NCBI GenBank assembly: GCA_035632635.1
Contig: DASQGL010000074.1
Span: 4,601 to 68,600 of the forward strand
Reading direction: 5' to 3'
Source: Candidatus Limnocylindrales bacterium
GTDB lineage: Bacteria; Chloroflexota; Dormibacteria; CF-121
DNA: 64,000 bases
Positions 18,694 to 27,153 of the stretch are shown here, in pieces. Positions within the stretch are counted from its first letter, which is position 1. The number at the start of each line of letters is the position of its first letter. A program made the translations under genes and the position numbers. A model generated the notes under the pieces. The model had not been told where the DNA came from, made no database searches, and saw nothing but the letters and a program-made list of their open reading frames with translations.

Positions 18694-19455
18694 CTAGAGG
18701 CCGGCGAACAGATCCGTCTCCTCGAGCCGCGCCGGGGCCCCCGCGAGGGAGAAGAGCTCATGGGTTTCGTCCCCCGCGATGAACGCATCGAGCGGCTCCC
18801 ATTCCTGCGCCTGGCTGCGATGGCAGGCGAAGGCGCGACGCTTGTGCTCGACGTAGGCGCTCACCTCGATCCGGGTCGTGACCGGCGGCTGAGCGGGCAG
18901 CTTCAGCTCCGCCACCGTGCCCGCGCTGGCCGCCTGGAAGTACAGCTTGTGCGGCCGGAAGGCGCTGATGCCGACCGCGCGCAGCTGCGCCGGGTAATGA
19001 TCGGGGTCCCCGGCCTGCGGTGTGGCCTCCACCACCATTCGATGCAGCATCCGGTGGTCGGGGTGACCGTACCCGCCCTCCGGTCCAAAGGTCACGACCA
19101 CCTGCGGCCGGTGGGCTCGAATGCATCGCACGATGTCGGAGCAAAAGCGAGCCCGCACCTCGGGAACCTCTTCCACCCGCTCCAGCGCGCCATCCGGGTA
19201 GTCGAAGAGTTCGAGGAAAGTCACCCCGAGGAGATCCGCCGCCCGTCGCAGCTCCACTTCGCGGACGTCGGTCAGCCGGCGGAGGTCCCCGGCATCGTGA
19301 GCCTGCCACAAGCCGCCACCGCCCCGCGTCATCGTGACCAGGGAGACCGTGACCCCCTCGGCCGCATACCTGGCCATCGTCGCGCCGCAGCCGAAGCACT
19401 CGTCGTCGGGATGGGGCATGATCACCATCAGCCGCTTCCCGAGTCGACCGCCCAC
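18694..19455 (-). CDS. PIG-L/LmbE-family N-acetylglucosaminyl deacetylase (MshB/BshB/Mca-like)
   Basis: Motifs MPHPDDE and HPDH. The protein is 253 aa. Confidence 0.75.
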   Translation of the reverse strand: MGGRLGKRLMVIMPHPDDECFGCGATMARYAAEGVTVSLVTMTRGGGGLWQAHDAGDLRRLTDVREVELRRAADLLGVTFLELFDYPDGALERVEEVPEVRARFCSDIVRCIRAHRPQVVVTFGPEGGYGHPDHRMLHRMVVEATPQAGDPDHYPAQLRAVGISAFRPHKLYFQAASAGTVAELKLPAQPPVTTRIEVSAYVEHKRRAFACHRSQAQEWEPLDAFIAGDETHELFSLAGAPARLEETDLFAGL

Positions 19456-19475
19456 GGCTCGCCATAATAGGCGGA

Positions 19476-19853
19476 TTGAACTTGAACGATCCGGTCTTGA
19501 CCATCCATCGGAACCTCTTCGTGGCCGGCCTGCTGATCAGCCTCGTGGTCGGCGTCTGGGGGATCGTGACCTATCTGCGCAAGAGGATGGCCAGCGGTGC
19601 CCTGCGCTCGACCCTGGTCCTGACCGCCCTGCTCTTCACGGTGCAGGGGGCGATTGGGCTGGTCCTGTTCTTCACCGGGCACCCGCTGCGGGACAAGCTG
19701 CACTTCCTCTACGGGGTCCTGCTCGTGCTCGCCCTTCCGATCGCCGCCAGCTACGTCTCGCAGAACCGGCGACGGGAGCCCCTGATCTACGGCATCGTCG
19801 GGCTGATCATGGCGGCGCTGGCGATTCGGGCCTTCAGCACGGGCGGCGGCTGA
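19476..19853 (+). CDS. hypothetical small membrane protein (4 TM)
   Basis: A 125-aa ORF with four hydrophobic helices. It is followed by a hairpin at 19878-19901. Confidence 0.45.
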   Translation: MNLNDPVLTIHRNLFVAGLLISLVVGVWGIVTYLRKRMASGALRSTLVLTALLFTVQGAIGLVLFFTGHPLRDKLHFLYGVLLVLALPIAASYVSQNRRREPLIYGIVGLIMAALAIRAFSTGGG

Positions 19854-19865
19854 CGGCAACACCGC

Positions 19866-19901
19866 TGAAAAAACGAAGGAGAGAGGCCTCGGCCTCTCTC
19901 C
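19866..19901 (-). terminator. rho-independent terminator (minus-strand orientation; possibly bidirectional)
   Basis: The stem GGAGAGAGGCC/GGCCTCTCTCC is followed on the minus strand by TTCGTTTTTT. It sits directly downstream of the tiny basic ORF. Confidence 0.6.
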
Positions 19902-19921
19902 CGTACCCTAGTCCGTTTCGA

Positions 19922-19981
19922 CTAGCGGCTCTTGCGCGTCGCCTTCTTGGCCTTCTTGGTGGCCTTCTTCCGGGTCGCCAT
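19922..19981 (-). CDS. 19-aa lysine/alanine-rich basic peptide (MATRKKATKKAKKATRKSR)
   Basis: A consensus SD AAGGAGGTGA lies 4-6 nt upstream of the ATG. The stop is followed within ~20 nt by a strong terminator hairpin with a T-tract. Confidence 0.4.
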   Translation of the reverse strand: MATRKKATKKAKKATRKSR

Positions 19982-20095
19982 GCGTCACCTCCTTATCGCG
20001 TGAGCGGCGGACCGCGGCGCACTCGTCGCTGTGCGCTTACTGCAGATAACGCTCTGTGAAAATGGAACCTTGCGCGATTCGCTGCTTGCGAGCCG

Positions 20096-21073
20096 TCAGA
20101 ACATCGCGAGCTGCTGCGGCTGACGCAGCGGCGCCGCGCGCAGGCCGCGCCGCCGCAGGGCCAGCGCGAGGTCCTCGTCGAAGCCCAGCACCGTATACGT
20201 CATCTGCGGCGCGACCGCCTGCGCGAACTGGCAGAGCTCCTGGAAGTCGGCATGGTCGGAGAGCGGGAACGCCGCGTCGACCTGGAGCCGGTCTTTGAGA
20301 CCCGCGTCCATCGCCCAGCCGGTCAGCGCCGCGAAGCGAACGGTCGCATCAGCGCGAAGCGCCCACGCGCGTCCCGCAGACGGCGGCATGAGCAGCACGC
20401 TGCCCGCTGCCGCGGGCTGGTCGGGGCCCAGCCCCCCGGCGATCGTGCATCCGAGCTCCCGATACACGTCCGTCACGGCGTGCAGTGCCGGGTGCAACGC
20501 AAGCGTGAAGCCCGCGTCGCTCAATGCGGCGATGACCTCCTGCCCCTTGCCCAGGGAGTAGCCGAGCAGGGCCGGCGTCGCCCCCACGTTGAGGACGCCG
20601 CGGCACCAGGCGACCAGCGCCGCGATGACCTCGGCGTGGTCGGGAAACGTGTAGCGCGGCTTACCGAAGGTGCTCTCCAGGATGAGGACGTCGGCGGGGC
20701 GCGGACGGGCCGGGCTCGTCGTGTAGCCGGGCCGAACCTTGAGGTCGCCCGTGTACAGGACCCGGCCGAAATCGGTCTCCAGCAGCGTCTGGGCGGACCC
20801 GAGCACGTGGCCGGCCGAGTAGAAGGTGAGTCGCGTGCCGTCGAGGGCGAGCGGGGTCTCGTAGGGAACGGTGCGCAGGTCGTCGATCGTCACGCGGCGA
20901 TGGCTCACGAGCCGGCCGGTCTGCGGCGTCATGAAGGCGAGCGGGTGCGCCGCCACGTGGTCGCTGTGTGCATGGCTGATCACCGCCCGCGGCCTTCTGA
21001 GCTTGGGGTCGAGCCAGAGGCGTTGCTCCGGGAGATAGACGCCGCTATCCCAGAGGATCGGGTGCGAGATCAT
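20096..21073 (-). CDS. MBL-fold exonuclease, ligase-associated DNA-damage-response exonuclease-like (TIGR04122-like)
   Basis: It has the HAHSDH zinc motif near the N-terminus, and a C-terminal LSDHADFQEL resembling the beta-CASP tail. The protein is 325 aa. Confidence 0.6.
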   Translation of the reverse strand: MISHPILWDSGVYLPEQRLWLDPKLRRPRAVISHAHSDHVAAHPLAFMTPQTGRLVSHRRVTIDDLRTVPYETPLALDGTRLTFYSAGHVLGSAQTLLETDFGRVLYTGDLKVRPGYTTSPARPRPADVLILESTFGKPRYTFPDHAEVIAALVAWCRGVLNVGATPALLGYSLGKGQEVIAALSDAGFTLALHPALHAVTDVYRELGCTIAGGLGPDQPAAAGSVLLMPPSAGRAWALRADATVRFAALTGWAMDAGLKDRLQVDAAFPLSDHADFQELCQFAQAVAPQMTYTVLGFDEDLALALRRRGLRAAPLRQPQQLAMF

Positions 21074-21088
21074 CCCGGCCGAGTGAGA

Positions 21089-21391
21089 CTAATGGTGGGC
21101 GGCCGCGCTCGCGTCGAACAGCTCCTGCCTCAGCGCGCAGTGCATGCAGTAGCGGTGCCCCGGCGGGCCGGCGAAGACGCTGGTCTTGCCGCAGGTCGGA
21201 CAGGTCTCCTTCGCTTCCACGGCGGCGGGCGCCTCTTTCGCCGGTACCACGATCAGGGAGGTGGAGGCTGGCGGCACGTCGGCCGGACGGGTCGCTGCCG
21301 GGGAGGCGTCGGTGGCTGCCGCCGGGTCGCGAGCGTCGTCGCTCACGGCCCTGGCGCGATTGCCGAACAGTCGGGTCAGCCAGGCGAGCAC
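21089..21391 (-). CDS. hypothetical zinc-ribbon protein
   Basis: A 100-aa ORF with CPTCG...CMHC. It lies between the radical SAM and MBL genes on the same strand. Confidence 0.45.
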   Translation of the reverse strand: MLAWLTRLFGNRARAVSDDARDPAAATDASPAATRPADVPPASTSLIVVPAKEAPAAVEAKETCPTCGKTSVFAGPPGHRYCMHCALRQELFDASAAAHH

Positions 21392-21437
21392 TCGCGGCTA
21401 CGGTAGTCCCTTATCGCGTGCCTGTCAAATCGGCGGG

Positions 21438-22352
21438 TCAGGCGAGCAGGGCCAGCTGGGCCGGCTCGGGAGCCGGCTCGATGCGGAAAGCGCGGCGGTC
21501 CCGGATGCCGCGCTCGCGGCGCAGCCGCCCAACGGTCGCCTTGAGAGGGTCGCTGACGGCGTTCGGCGCGTAGGCGGCGGCCCCGGGGAACAGCTGCGCG
21601 TAGCGGGCGAGCAGGTGCGGATACTCGCGCGTGAGGAATTCCAGGTAGTGCTCCTTCGTCCCCGGCTTCAGGTAGACGACATTGGCCCAGACGAAGCACG
21701 CTCCGGCCTCGGCGGCCGCCGCGACCGTCCGATCGAGCTGGGCGGGCGCATCGCTCAGTCCCGGGAGGATGGGCGCCATCCCGACTCCCGCCTCGATGCC
21801 GGCATCGACCAGCCGCGTGAGGATGCGAAGCCTGGTGCGGGGTGGTGGCGTCGTCGGCTCGGTCTTCGCCCAGACCTCCTCATCGACCGTGGGGACGCTG
21901 AAGGTCACCGTCAGCCTGGCTCGCGAGGCGAGCTGCGTGAGCACGTCGAGATCGCGGACGATCATGGTGCCCTTCGTGATCAGGGAGACCGGGGTCCTGA
22001 AGTCGGAGAGCGCCTGAAGGCAGTGGCGGCTGAGGCGGTACCGGCCCTCCGCCGGCTGGTAGGGGTCGGTCGCGGTGCCGAAGGCGATCGTCTCCCGCTT
22101 CCAGGCCCGGCTCGACAGCTCACGTCTGAGGACCTGGGCGACGTTCACCTTGACGCCGATCCGGCTGGAGAACCCCTGTCCCGGATCCCGGTCGGCCAGC
22201 CTGGCGTGCGCGCGGGCGAAGCAGTACACGCAGCTGTGCACGCAGCCCTGATAGGGATTCAGCGACCAGCGGAATCCCATGTGCGCAACCCGGTTCAGGG
22301 CGCTCTTGCAGTCGATCTCGAAGTACTCGCGTTCGGGCATGGGGTGTTCCAT
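21438..22352 (-). CDS. radical SAM protein, SplB/DNA-photolyase-like (Rv2578c-like)
   Basis: It has a CxxxCxxC cluster (CVHSCVYC) near the N-terminus. The protein is ~300 aa. Confidence 0.75.
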   Translation of the reverse strand: MEHPMPEREYFEIDCKSALNRVAHMGFRWSLNPYQGCVHSCVYCFARAHARLADRDPGQGFSSRIGVKVNVAQVLRRELSSRAWKRETIAFGTATDPYQPAEGRYRLSRHCLQALSDFRTPVSLITKGTMIVRDLDVLTQLASRARLTVTFSVPTVDEEVWAKTEPTTPPPRTRLRILTRLVDAGIEAGVGMAPILPGLSDAPAQLDRTVAAAAEAGACFVWANVVYLKPGTKEHYLEFLTREYPHLLARYAQLFPGAAAYAPNAVSDPLKATVGRLRRERGIRDRRAFRIEPAPEPAQLALLA

Positions 22353-22379
22353 GATAGAACAAACGTTCGTAGCCGGGGG

Positions 22380-23057
22380 CTACCCGGGCAGCTGCCCGGC
22401 GGCGATCCGGGCGGCGAGCGCGAGGATGCCCTGCACGTACTGCTGCGTGCCGGCGTAGGGCCCGTCCGATTGCAGACTCGGCCCTCCCTGGTAGTAGGCG
22501 GCCAGCGCCGCCCCGGCCGACCCGTATGCGTGCAGGTTCTCCGCCAGGATGGCCGCGCCCAGATCCGTGTTGTCGTAGGGGTCCTGGAGGTCGACCGGCC
22601 TTAAGAGCAGCCGCGGCCCGTCCGCCGCCGCCGTCTGCGGCTCGATCTGCATCAGGCCGATCGCGCCGGTAGCCGAGACCTTCGACTGATCCCAGGCGCT
22701 CTCCCAGTAGGCCAGCGCCATCACGAGACTCGGATCGACGTCGTGACGTCGCGCCGCCGAGATCAGCAGCGCGATCGCCAGCTGGCGCTGATTGTGGCCG
22801 GTGGGGACGACGGCCGGCCGGGACCCGTCCGGCTGGACGTCCCACTCGCCGGAGCTTCGGCGAAGGGGGACGGCGGGAGGTGCCGGCAGGCGTGACAGCG
22901 GCCTGCCGGGCTCGAGCCGTATCCCGCTGAGCGGGCCCGCTGCCAGGTGACGCACGACCGCCATGGCGTCGTAGGGCGTGACCGCGTGGGGGGGCAGACT
23001 GACCGCCCCGCTCGCCACGCCGAGGAAGAGGCTCGCGCCAAGGCTGCGCAGACGCAT
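22380..23057 (-). CDS. secreted lytic transglycosylase (SLT domain)
   Basis: It has an N-terminal signal-like segment and the SLT motifs ESAWDQ...GAIGLMQI. Confidence 0.65.
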   Translation of the reverse strand: MRLRSLGASLFLGVASGAVSLPPHAVTPYDAMAVVRHLAAGPLSGIRLEPGRPLSRLPAPPAVPLRRSSGEWDVQPDGSRPAVVPTGHNQRQLAIALLISAARRHDVDPSLVMALAYWESAWDQSKVSATGAIGLMQIEPQTAAADGPRLLLRPVDLQDPYDNTDLGAAILAENLHAYGSAGAALAAYYQGGPSLQSDGPYAGTQQYVQGILALAARIAAGQLPG

Positions 23058-23152
23058 CCGCCCATGAAACCCAAACGGGCTTCACCGCCGCAAGCTCTGG
23101 CTCAGGCGGCGCCCGGGTCCGTGTCGTTGGCCATAATGGGGAGGTCCCTGCA

Positions 23153-23929
23153 ATGAATGTGGTCGTCTGCGTCAAACAGATTCCCGATCCGAACGCGCCC
23201 GGCAAGCTCGACGACGCCACCAGGCGGCTCACCCGGGATGGCGTCGACGTCGTGCTCGACCCGGGCGACGAGCACGCGGTGGAGGCCGCCCTGGTCGTGG
23301 CCGAGCAGCATGGCGGTGAGGTCACGGTGGTCTCGATGGGGCCGCCCCGCGCGGTGGACGCCATCCGCAAGGCGCTGTCCATGGGGGCCGCCCGGGGCGT
23401 GCACGTGCAGGATCCCGCGCTGCAAAACTCGGACGCGCTCTCGACGGCCCGCGTCCTGGCGGCGGCTGTCAAGGCGCAGCCCTTCGACCTGATCGTCACC
23501 GGCCAGGAGTCGACGGACGGCTATTCGGGCGCGGTCCCCGGTCAGATGGCCGAGCTGCTCGGCCTCCCGCTGCTCTCCTTCGCCAAGAAGCTCACCGTGG
23601 AGGGCGGCAAGGTCTTGATCCACCGCCAGACGGACGAGGGATACGACGTGGTCGAGGCGCCCCTGCCGGCCGTGGTCACCGTCACCGGGGGCATCAACGA
23701 GCCGCGCTACCCGTCGCTGCGCGGCATCATGCAGTCGAAGAACAAGGAGGTCAAGCAGCTCGCGCTCAAAGACCTCGGACTCGACGGCCAGGCTGGAGGC
23801 TCGGCCGCGACCCAGGAAGTGGTCGCACTCGAGGCCGCCCAGGCCCGCAAGGCGGGGCGTGTGATCGAGGACAAGGGCGAGGCGGCGAAGGAGATCGCCG
23901 ACTTCCTGGCCGGACTCAAGGTGATCTGA
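23153..23929 (+). CDS. etfB: electron transfer flavoprotein beta subunit
   Basis: The N-terminus MNVVVCVKQIPD is classic EtfB/FixA. A CATAAT -10 element and GGGGAGG SD lie upstream. Confidence 0.85.
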   Translation: MNVVVCVKQIPDPNAPGKLDDATRRLTRDGVDVVLDPGDEHAVEAALVVAEQHGGEVTVVSMGPPRAVDAIRKALSMGAARGVHVQDPALQNSDALSTARVLAAAVKAQPFDLIVTGQESTDGYSGAVPGQMAELLGLPLLSFAKKLTVEGGKVLIHRQTDEGYDVVEAPLPAVVTVTGGINEPRYPSLRGIMQSKNKEVKQLALKDLGLDGQAGGSAATQEVVALEAAQARKAGRVIEDKGEAAKEIADFLAGLKVI

Positions 23930-23931
23930 CC

Positions 23932-24900
23932 ATGGCTGCGGTCTGGGTCTTCGCGGAAACGACGGACGGCAAGCCGCGACCGATCGCGCTCGAGCTGCTC
24001 ACCAAGGCGCGCAGCCTGGGGGAGACCTCGGCCATCGCGCTCGGCCCCGGCGCGGCGCAGTCCGCGGAAGCACTCGGACAGTACGGCGCCGGCGTCGTCT
24101 ACGCGCATGAGGATCCGGCGTTTTCCGAGGTCCTGGCCCAACCGGCGGTGGACCTGCTCGCGAGTCTGGTACAGAAGCACAAGCCGGCCCTGCTCCTCTT
24201 CGGGATGACCTACGACGGCCGAGACATCGCGTCCCGCCTGAGCGCGCGGCTCGGCGCCCCCCTGATCGCAAACGCGACCGACATCGGGCCGCATGCCGGA
24301 GGCAGCTGGGCGGTGGTCTCCCCCCTCTTCGGCGGCTCGACCCTGGTCACCACCGTGCCCAAGGGCGATGGGCCGGCGATCGTGCTGGTCCGCCCCAAGG
24401 CCTTTACACCCGAGCCCCTGACCGGATCCGCGGCCCGGCTACAGAGGCTGACGGACCCGGTCGATCGGAGCCGGCCGTCCGCCCGAGTGGTCAGGCGGGA
24501 GACGGAACAGGCGCAGGGTCCCCGCCTCGAGGACGCCGCCATCATCGTGAGCGGCGGCCGCGGTCTGGGCGGCCCTGAGCACTTCAAGCTCGTCGACGAT
24601 CTCGCGGCCCAGCTCGGCGCCGCGGTCGGCGCCAGCCGGGCGGTGGTCGACGCCGGCTGGAAGCCCTATGCGTTCCAGGTCGGCCAGACCGGCAAGACCG
24701 TCAAACCATCCGTCTACATCGCGATCGGCATCTCCGGGGCGATGCAGCACACGGTGGGCATGAAGGGCGCCAGGACGATCATCGCGATCAACAAGGATCC
24801 CGAGGCGCCGATCTTCAAGCTCGTCGACCTGGGCGTGGTGGGCGACGTGCACAAGGTGGTGCCTCAGCTGACCGAGGAGCTTCGCAGGCGTAAGGCGTGA
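23932..24900 (+). CDS. etfA: electron transfer flavoprotein alpha subunit
   Basis: It has an EtfA FAD-binding C-terminal domain (SGAMQH...IAINKD). It starts 3 nt after etfB. Confidence 0.85.
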   Translation: MAAVWVFAETTDGKPRPIALELLTKARSLGETSAIALGPGAAQSAEALGQYGAGVVYAHEDPAFSEVLAQPAVDLLASLVQKHKPALLLFGMTYDGRDIASRLSARLGAPLIANATDIGPHAGGSWAVVSPLFGGSTLVTTVPKGDGPAIVLVRPKAFTPEPLTGSAARLQRLTDPVDRSRPSARVVRRETEQAQGPRLEDAAIIVSGGRGLGGPEHFKLVDDLAAQLGAAVGASRAVVDAGWKPYAFQVGQTGKTVKPSVYIAIGISGAMQHTVGMKGARTIIAINKDPEAPIFKLVDLGVVGDVHKVVPQLTEELRRRKA

Positions 24901-25742
24901 ACGAGCTCGGCCTGCTGGCGGTGCACGCGCACCCCGACGACGAGTCGATCACGATGGGTGGGACGCTGGCACGCTACGCGGCCCAGGGAGTCCGGACGAC
25001 CCTGGTGACGGCCACCCGCGGCGAGGTCGGGGAGATCCTGGACAAAGACCTCGATCCGAAGGAGGCGGCGCCCCGGCTTGGCCAGATCCGCGAGGCCGAG
25101 CTGCGCCGTGCCTGCGCCATCCTGGGCGTCGACGAGCTGATGTTCCTCGGCTACGAAGACTCCGGCATGATGGGCGAGCCTCGCAACCACGCCCCGGGGA
25201 CCTTCTGGCAGGCCGACGAGCACGAGGCGACCGCGCGCCTGATCGAGGTCGTCCGCCGGGTGCGCCCGCAGGTGATGGTCGCCTACAACGAGATCGGCGG
25301 CTACGGACACCCCGACCACATCATGGCTCACCGGGTCGCGATCATGGCCTTCTACCACGCCGACAACACCGAGCTGTTCCCCGGCGGAGAGCCGCACCGG
25401 GTCAGCAAGTTCTACTACACGGCGTTTCCGATCTCGCAGATGCGCGCGCTGGCGGAGCGGCTCAGGTCCGCCGGGGTCGAGAGCCCGTTCGAGTCGGACG
25501 GCGAGTCACTCTTCGGCGTGACCGACGACCGGGTGACCGCCCAGCTCGACGTCAGCGCGGAACTCGACAAGAAGATCGCCGCCATGCAGGCCCACCGGAC
25601 CCAGATCCCGCCCGACAGCTGGTTCATGCGGCTGCGCGCTGCGCTGGGCCGCGACGCCTGGAACCGCGAGGCGTTCGAGCGCGTCCGGACGCGGGTCGAC
25701 GCCCGGACGCCGGAGGACGACCTCTTCGAGGGCCTGCGCTAG
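24897..25742 (+). CDS. PIG-L/LmbE-family deacetylase/amidase (MshB/Mca-like paralogue)
   Basis: A GTG start overlaps the etfA TGA (GTGA). It has VHAHPDDE and HPDH motifs. The protein is 281 aa. Confidence 0.75.
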   Translation: MNELGLLAVHAHPDDESITMGGTLARYAAQGVRTTLVTATRGEVGEILDKDLDPKEAAPRLGQIREAELRRACAILGVDELMFLGYEDSGMMGEPRNHAPGTFWQADEHEATARLIEVVRRVRPQVMVAYNEIGGYGHPDHIMAHRVAIMAFYHADNTELFPGGEPHRVSKFYYTAFPISQMRALAERLRSAGVESPFESDGESLFGVTDDRVTAQLDVSAELDKKIAAMQAHRTQIPPDSWFMRLRAALGRDAWNREAFERVRTRVDARTPEDDLFEGLR

Positions 25743-26380
25743 GGCGTCAGGGTGCCGGCCGCGTGCCCGTTCGGGGAGAAGTCGGCGTGCAGTGGCCGGG
25801 GCGCCCGCTCGACGATCCCGTCGATGACCCCGTAGTCTTTCGCCTGCTCCGGCGTCATGAAGAAGTCGCGTTCGACGTCGTGCGCGATCTTCTCCTTGGT
25901 CTGGCCGGTGTGGCGCGCGTAGATCTCGATCATGAGCTCGCGCATCCGGAGGATTTCACGGGCATGGATCTCGATGTCGGTGCTCTGGCCCTGTGCGCCG
26001 CCGCTCGGCTGGTGCAGCAGGATCTGTCCGTGCGGGAGGGAGAGTCGCCTGCCGGCGGCGCCGCCTGCGAGCACGAGCGATGCGGCGCTGGCCGCCATCC
26101 CGGTGCAGATCGTGGCGACCGACGGGTGCACGTAGGTCATGGTGTCGTAGATGGCGAGCCCTGCCGTCATCGAGCCGCCCGGGCTGTTGATGTAGATGGA
26201 GATTTCCTTGTCCGGGTCCTCGCTGTCGAGGAAGAGCAGCTGCGCGATGACCAGGTTGGCGACGTCGTCGTCGATGGGCGTGCCCAGGAAGATGATGCGG
26301 TCGCGCAACAGGCGTGAATAGATGTCGTAGGCGCGCTCGCCGCGCTGGGTGGTCTCGATCACGTTGGGAATCAGCATTGG
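25739..26380 (-). CDS. clpP: ATP-dependent Clp protease proteolytic subunit
   Basis: Motifs [23 protein letters not shown]...SPGGS and [10 protein letters not shown]. The likely start is MLIPNV at 26380; the longer ORF runs to 26464. Confidence 0.85.
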   Translation of the reverse strand, partial: PMLIPNVIETTQRGERAYDIYSRLLRDRIIFLGTPIDDDVANLVIAQLLFLDSEDPDKEISIYINSPGGSMTAGLAIYDTMTYVHPSVATICTGMAASAASLVLAGGAAGRRLSLPHGQILLHQPSGGAQGQSTDIEIHAREILRMRELMIEIYARHTGQTKEKIAHDVERDFFMTPEQAKDYGVIDGIVERAPRPLHADFSPNGHAAGTLTP

Positions 26381-26387
26381 GGTCCTC

Positions 26388-26804
26388 CTAGAGAGTGAAT
26401 CCGATGCGCCGTCTCGGCGGGGCCGCCTGCGTCGCGGCGAGGTAGACACTGAAGTCGACGACACTGCGGAGCGCCGTGGGCCCCAGGCTCTGGGCGGCCA
26501 GCCGAAGCTGGGCGCGCGGGTCGGCGGGCCAGGAGCGCGGCGCGCCGGCGTCCGTCGTTCCGAGGGCGCGGGAGAGCTCGAGGTAGAAGTCTCCGGCGCT
26601 CAGGTCGAGGGCGTGGGCGAGGGCGACCAGCCGGTCGACGGAGACGTCCTTGAGCCCGCGCTCGATCTCGGACAGGAAAGCCGGTGAGCAGGCGGCCCGT
26701 CCCGCCAGCGCCACAAGACTCTGGCCGCGCTCCTCGCGGCGCCGGCGCAGCACCGAGCCGAGGGCCCGGCGGACGCGCATGGTTTCGCTACCAGCGTATG
26801 CCAT
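26388..26804 (-). CDS. XRE-family HTH regulator, ClgR-like (clp gene regulator)
   Basis: Its HTH_3 core [12 protein letters not shown] resembles ClgR LSEVERGQKEAS. It ends 8 nt before clpP on the same strand. The start could be 26804 or 26780. Confidence 0.6.
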   Translation of the reverse strand: MAYAGSETMRVRRALGSVLRRRREERGQSLVALAGRAACSPAFLSEIERGLKDVSVDRLVALAHALDLSAGDFYLELSRALGTTDAGAPRSWPADPRAQLRLAAQSLGPTALRSVVDFSVYLAATQAAPPRRRIGFTL

Positions 26805-26833
26805 TCGCTTGCGGCAAAAGCATAGCAGGATCG

Positions 26834-27136
26834 TCAGGAGACCGGGAAGGTCTGGCCGCAGGCCGGGCAGACGACCGGGTTCTGGCCCGGGGGCGCGCTG
26901 AAGAGTTCCTCGCAGGCAGGGCACGCGTAGTCCTCGAGCGGCTGGACTTCGGCCTCGTCATCGGCCGCCATGGCCGGCGCCACCTCGGCCAGGTCGACCG
27001 CCGGGCTCCCGCACGCGCTGCAGCGGTAGAGCGGCGCCTCGTCCGCACGGTGCTCGAGGTAGCGACCCTGCGCATCGACGAACACGGAGGCGTTCCAGAG
27101 TTCGAAGCGGTCGGCGCTGCAGCGATTGGGGCAGGC
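26834..27136 (-). CDS. hypothetical Cys-rich zinc-ribbon protein (~100 aa)
   Basis: A candidate GTG start lies 18 nt after the aminotransferase stop. It has four CxxC-type pairs (CPNRC, CSAC, CPAC, CPAC). The upstream part of the long ORF overlaps the aminotransferase in another frame and is discounted. Confidence 0.35.
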   Translation of the reverse strand, partial: ACPNRCSADRFELWNASVFVDAQGRYLEHRADEAPLYRCSACGSPAVDLAEVAPAMAADDEAEVQPLEDYACPACEELFSAPPGQNPVVCPACGQTFPVS

Positions 27137-27153
27137 GAGGAACACGGGCAGTC

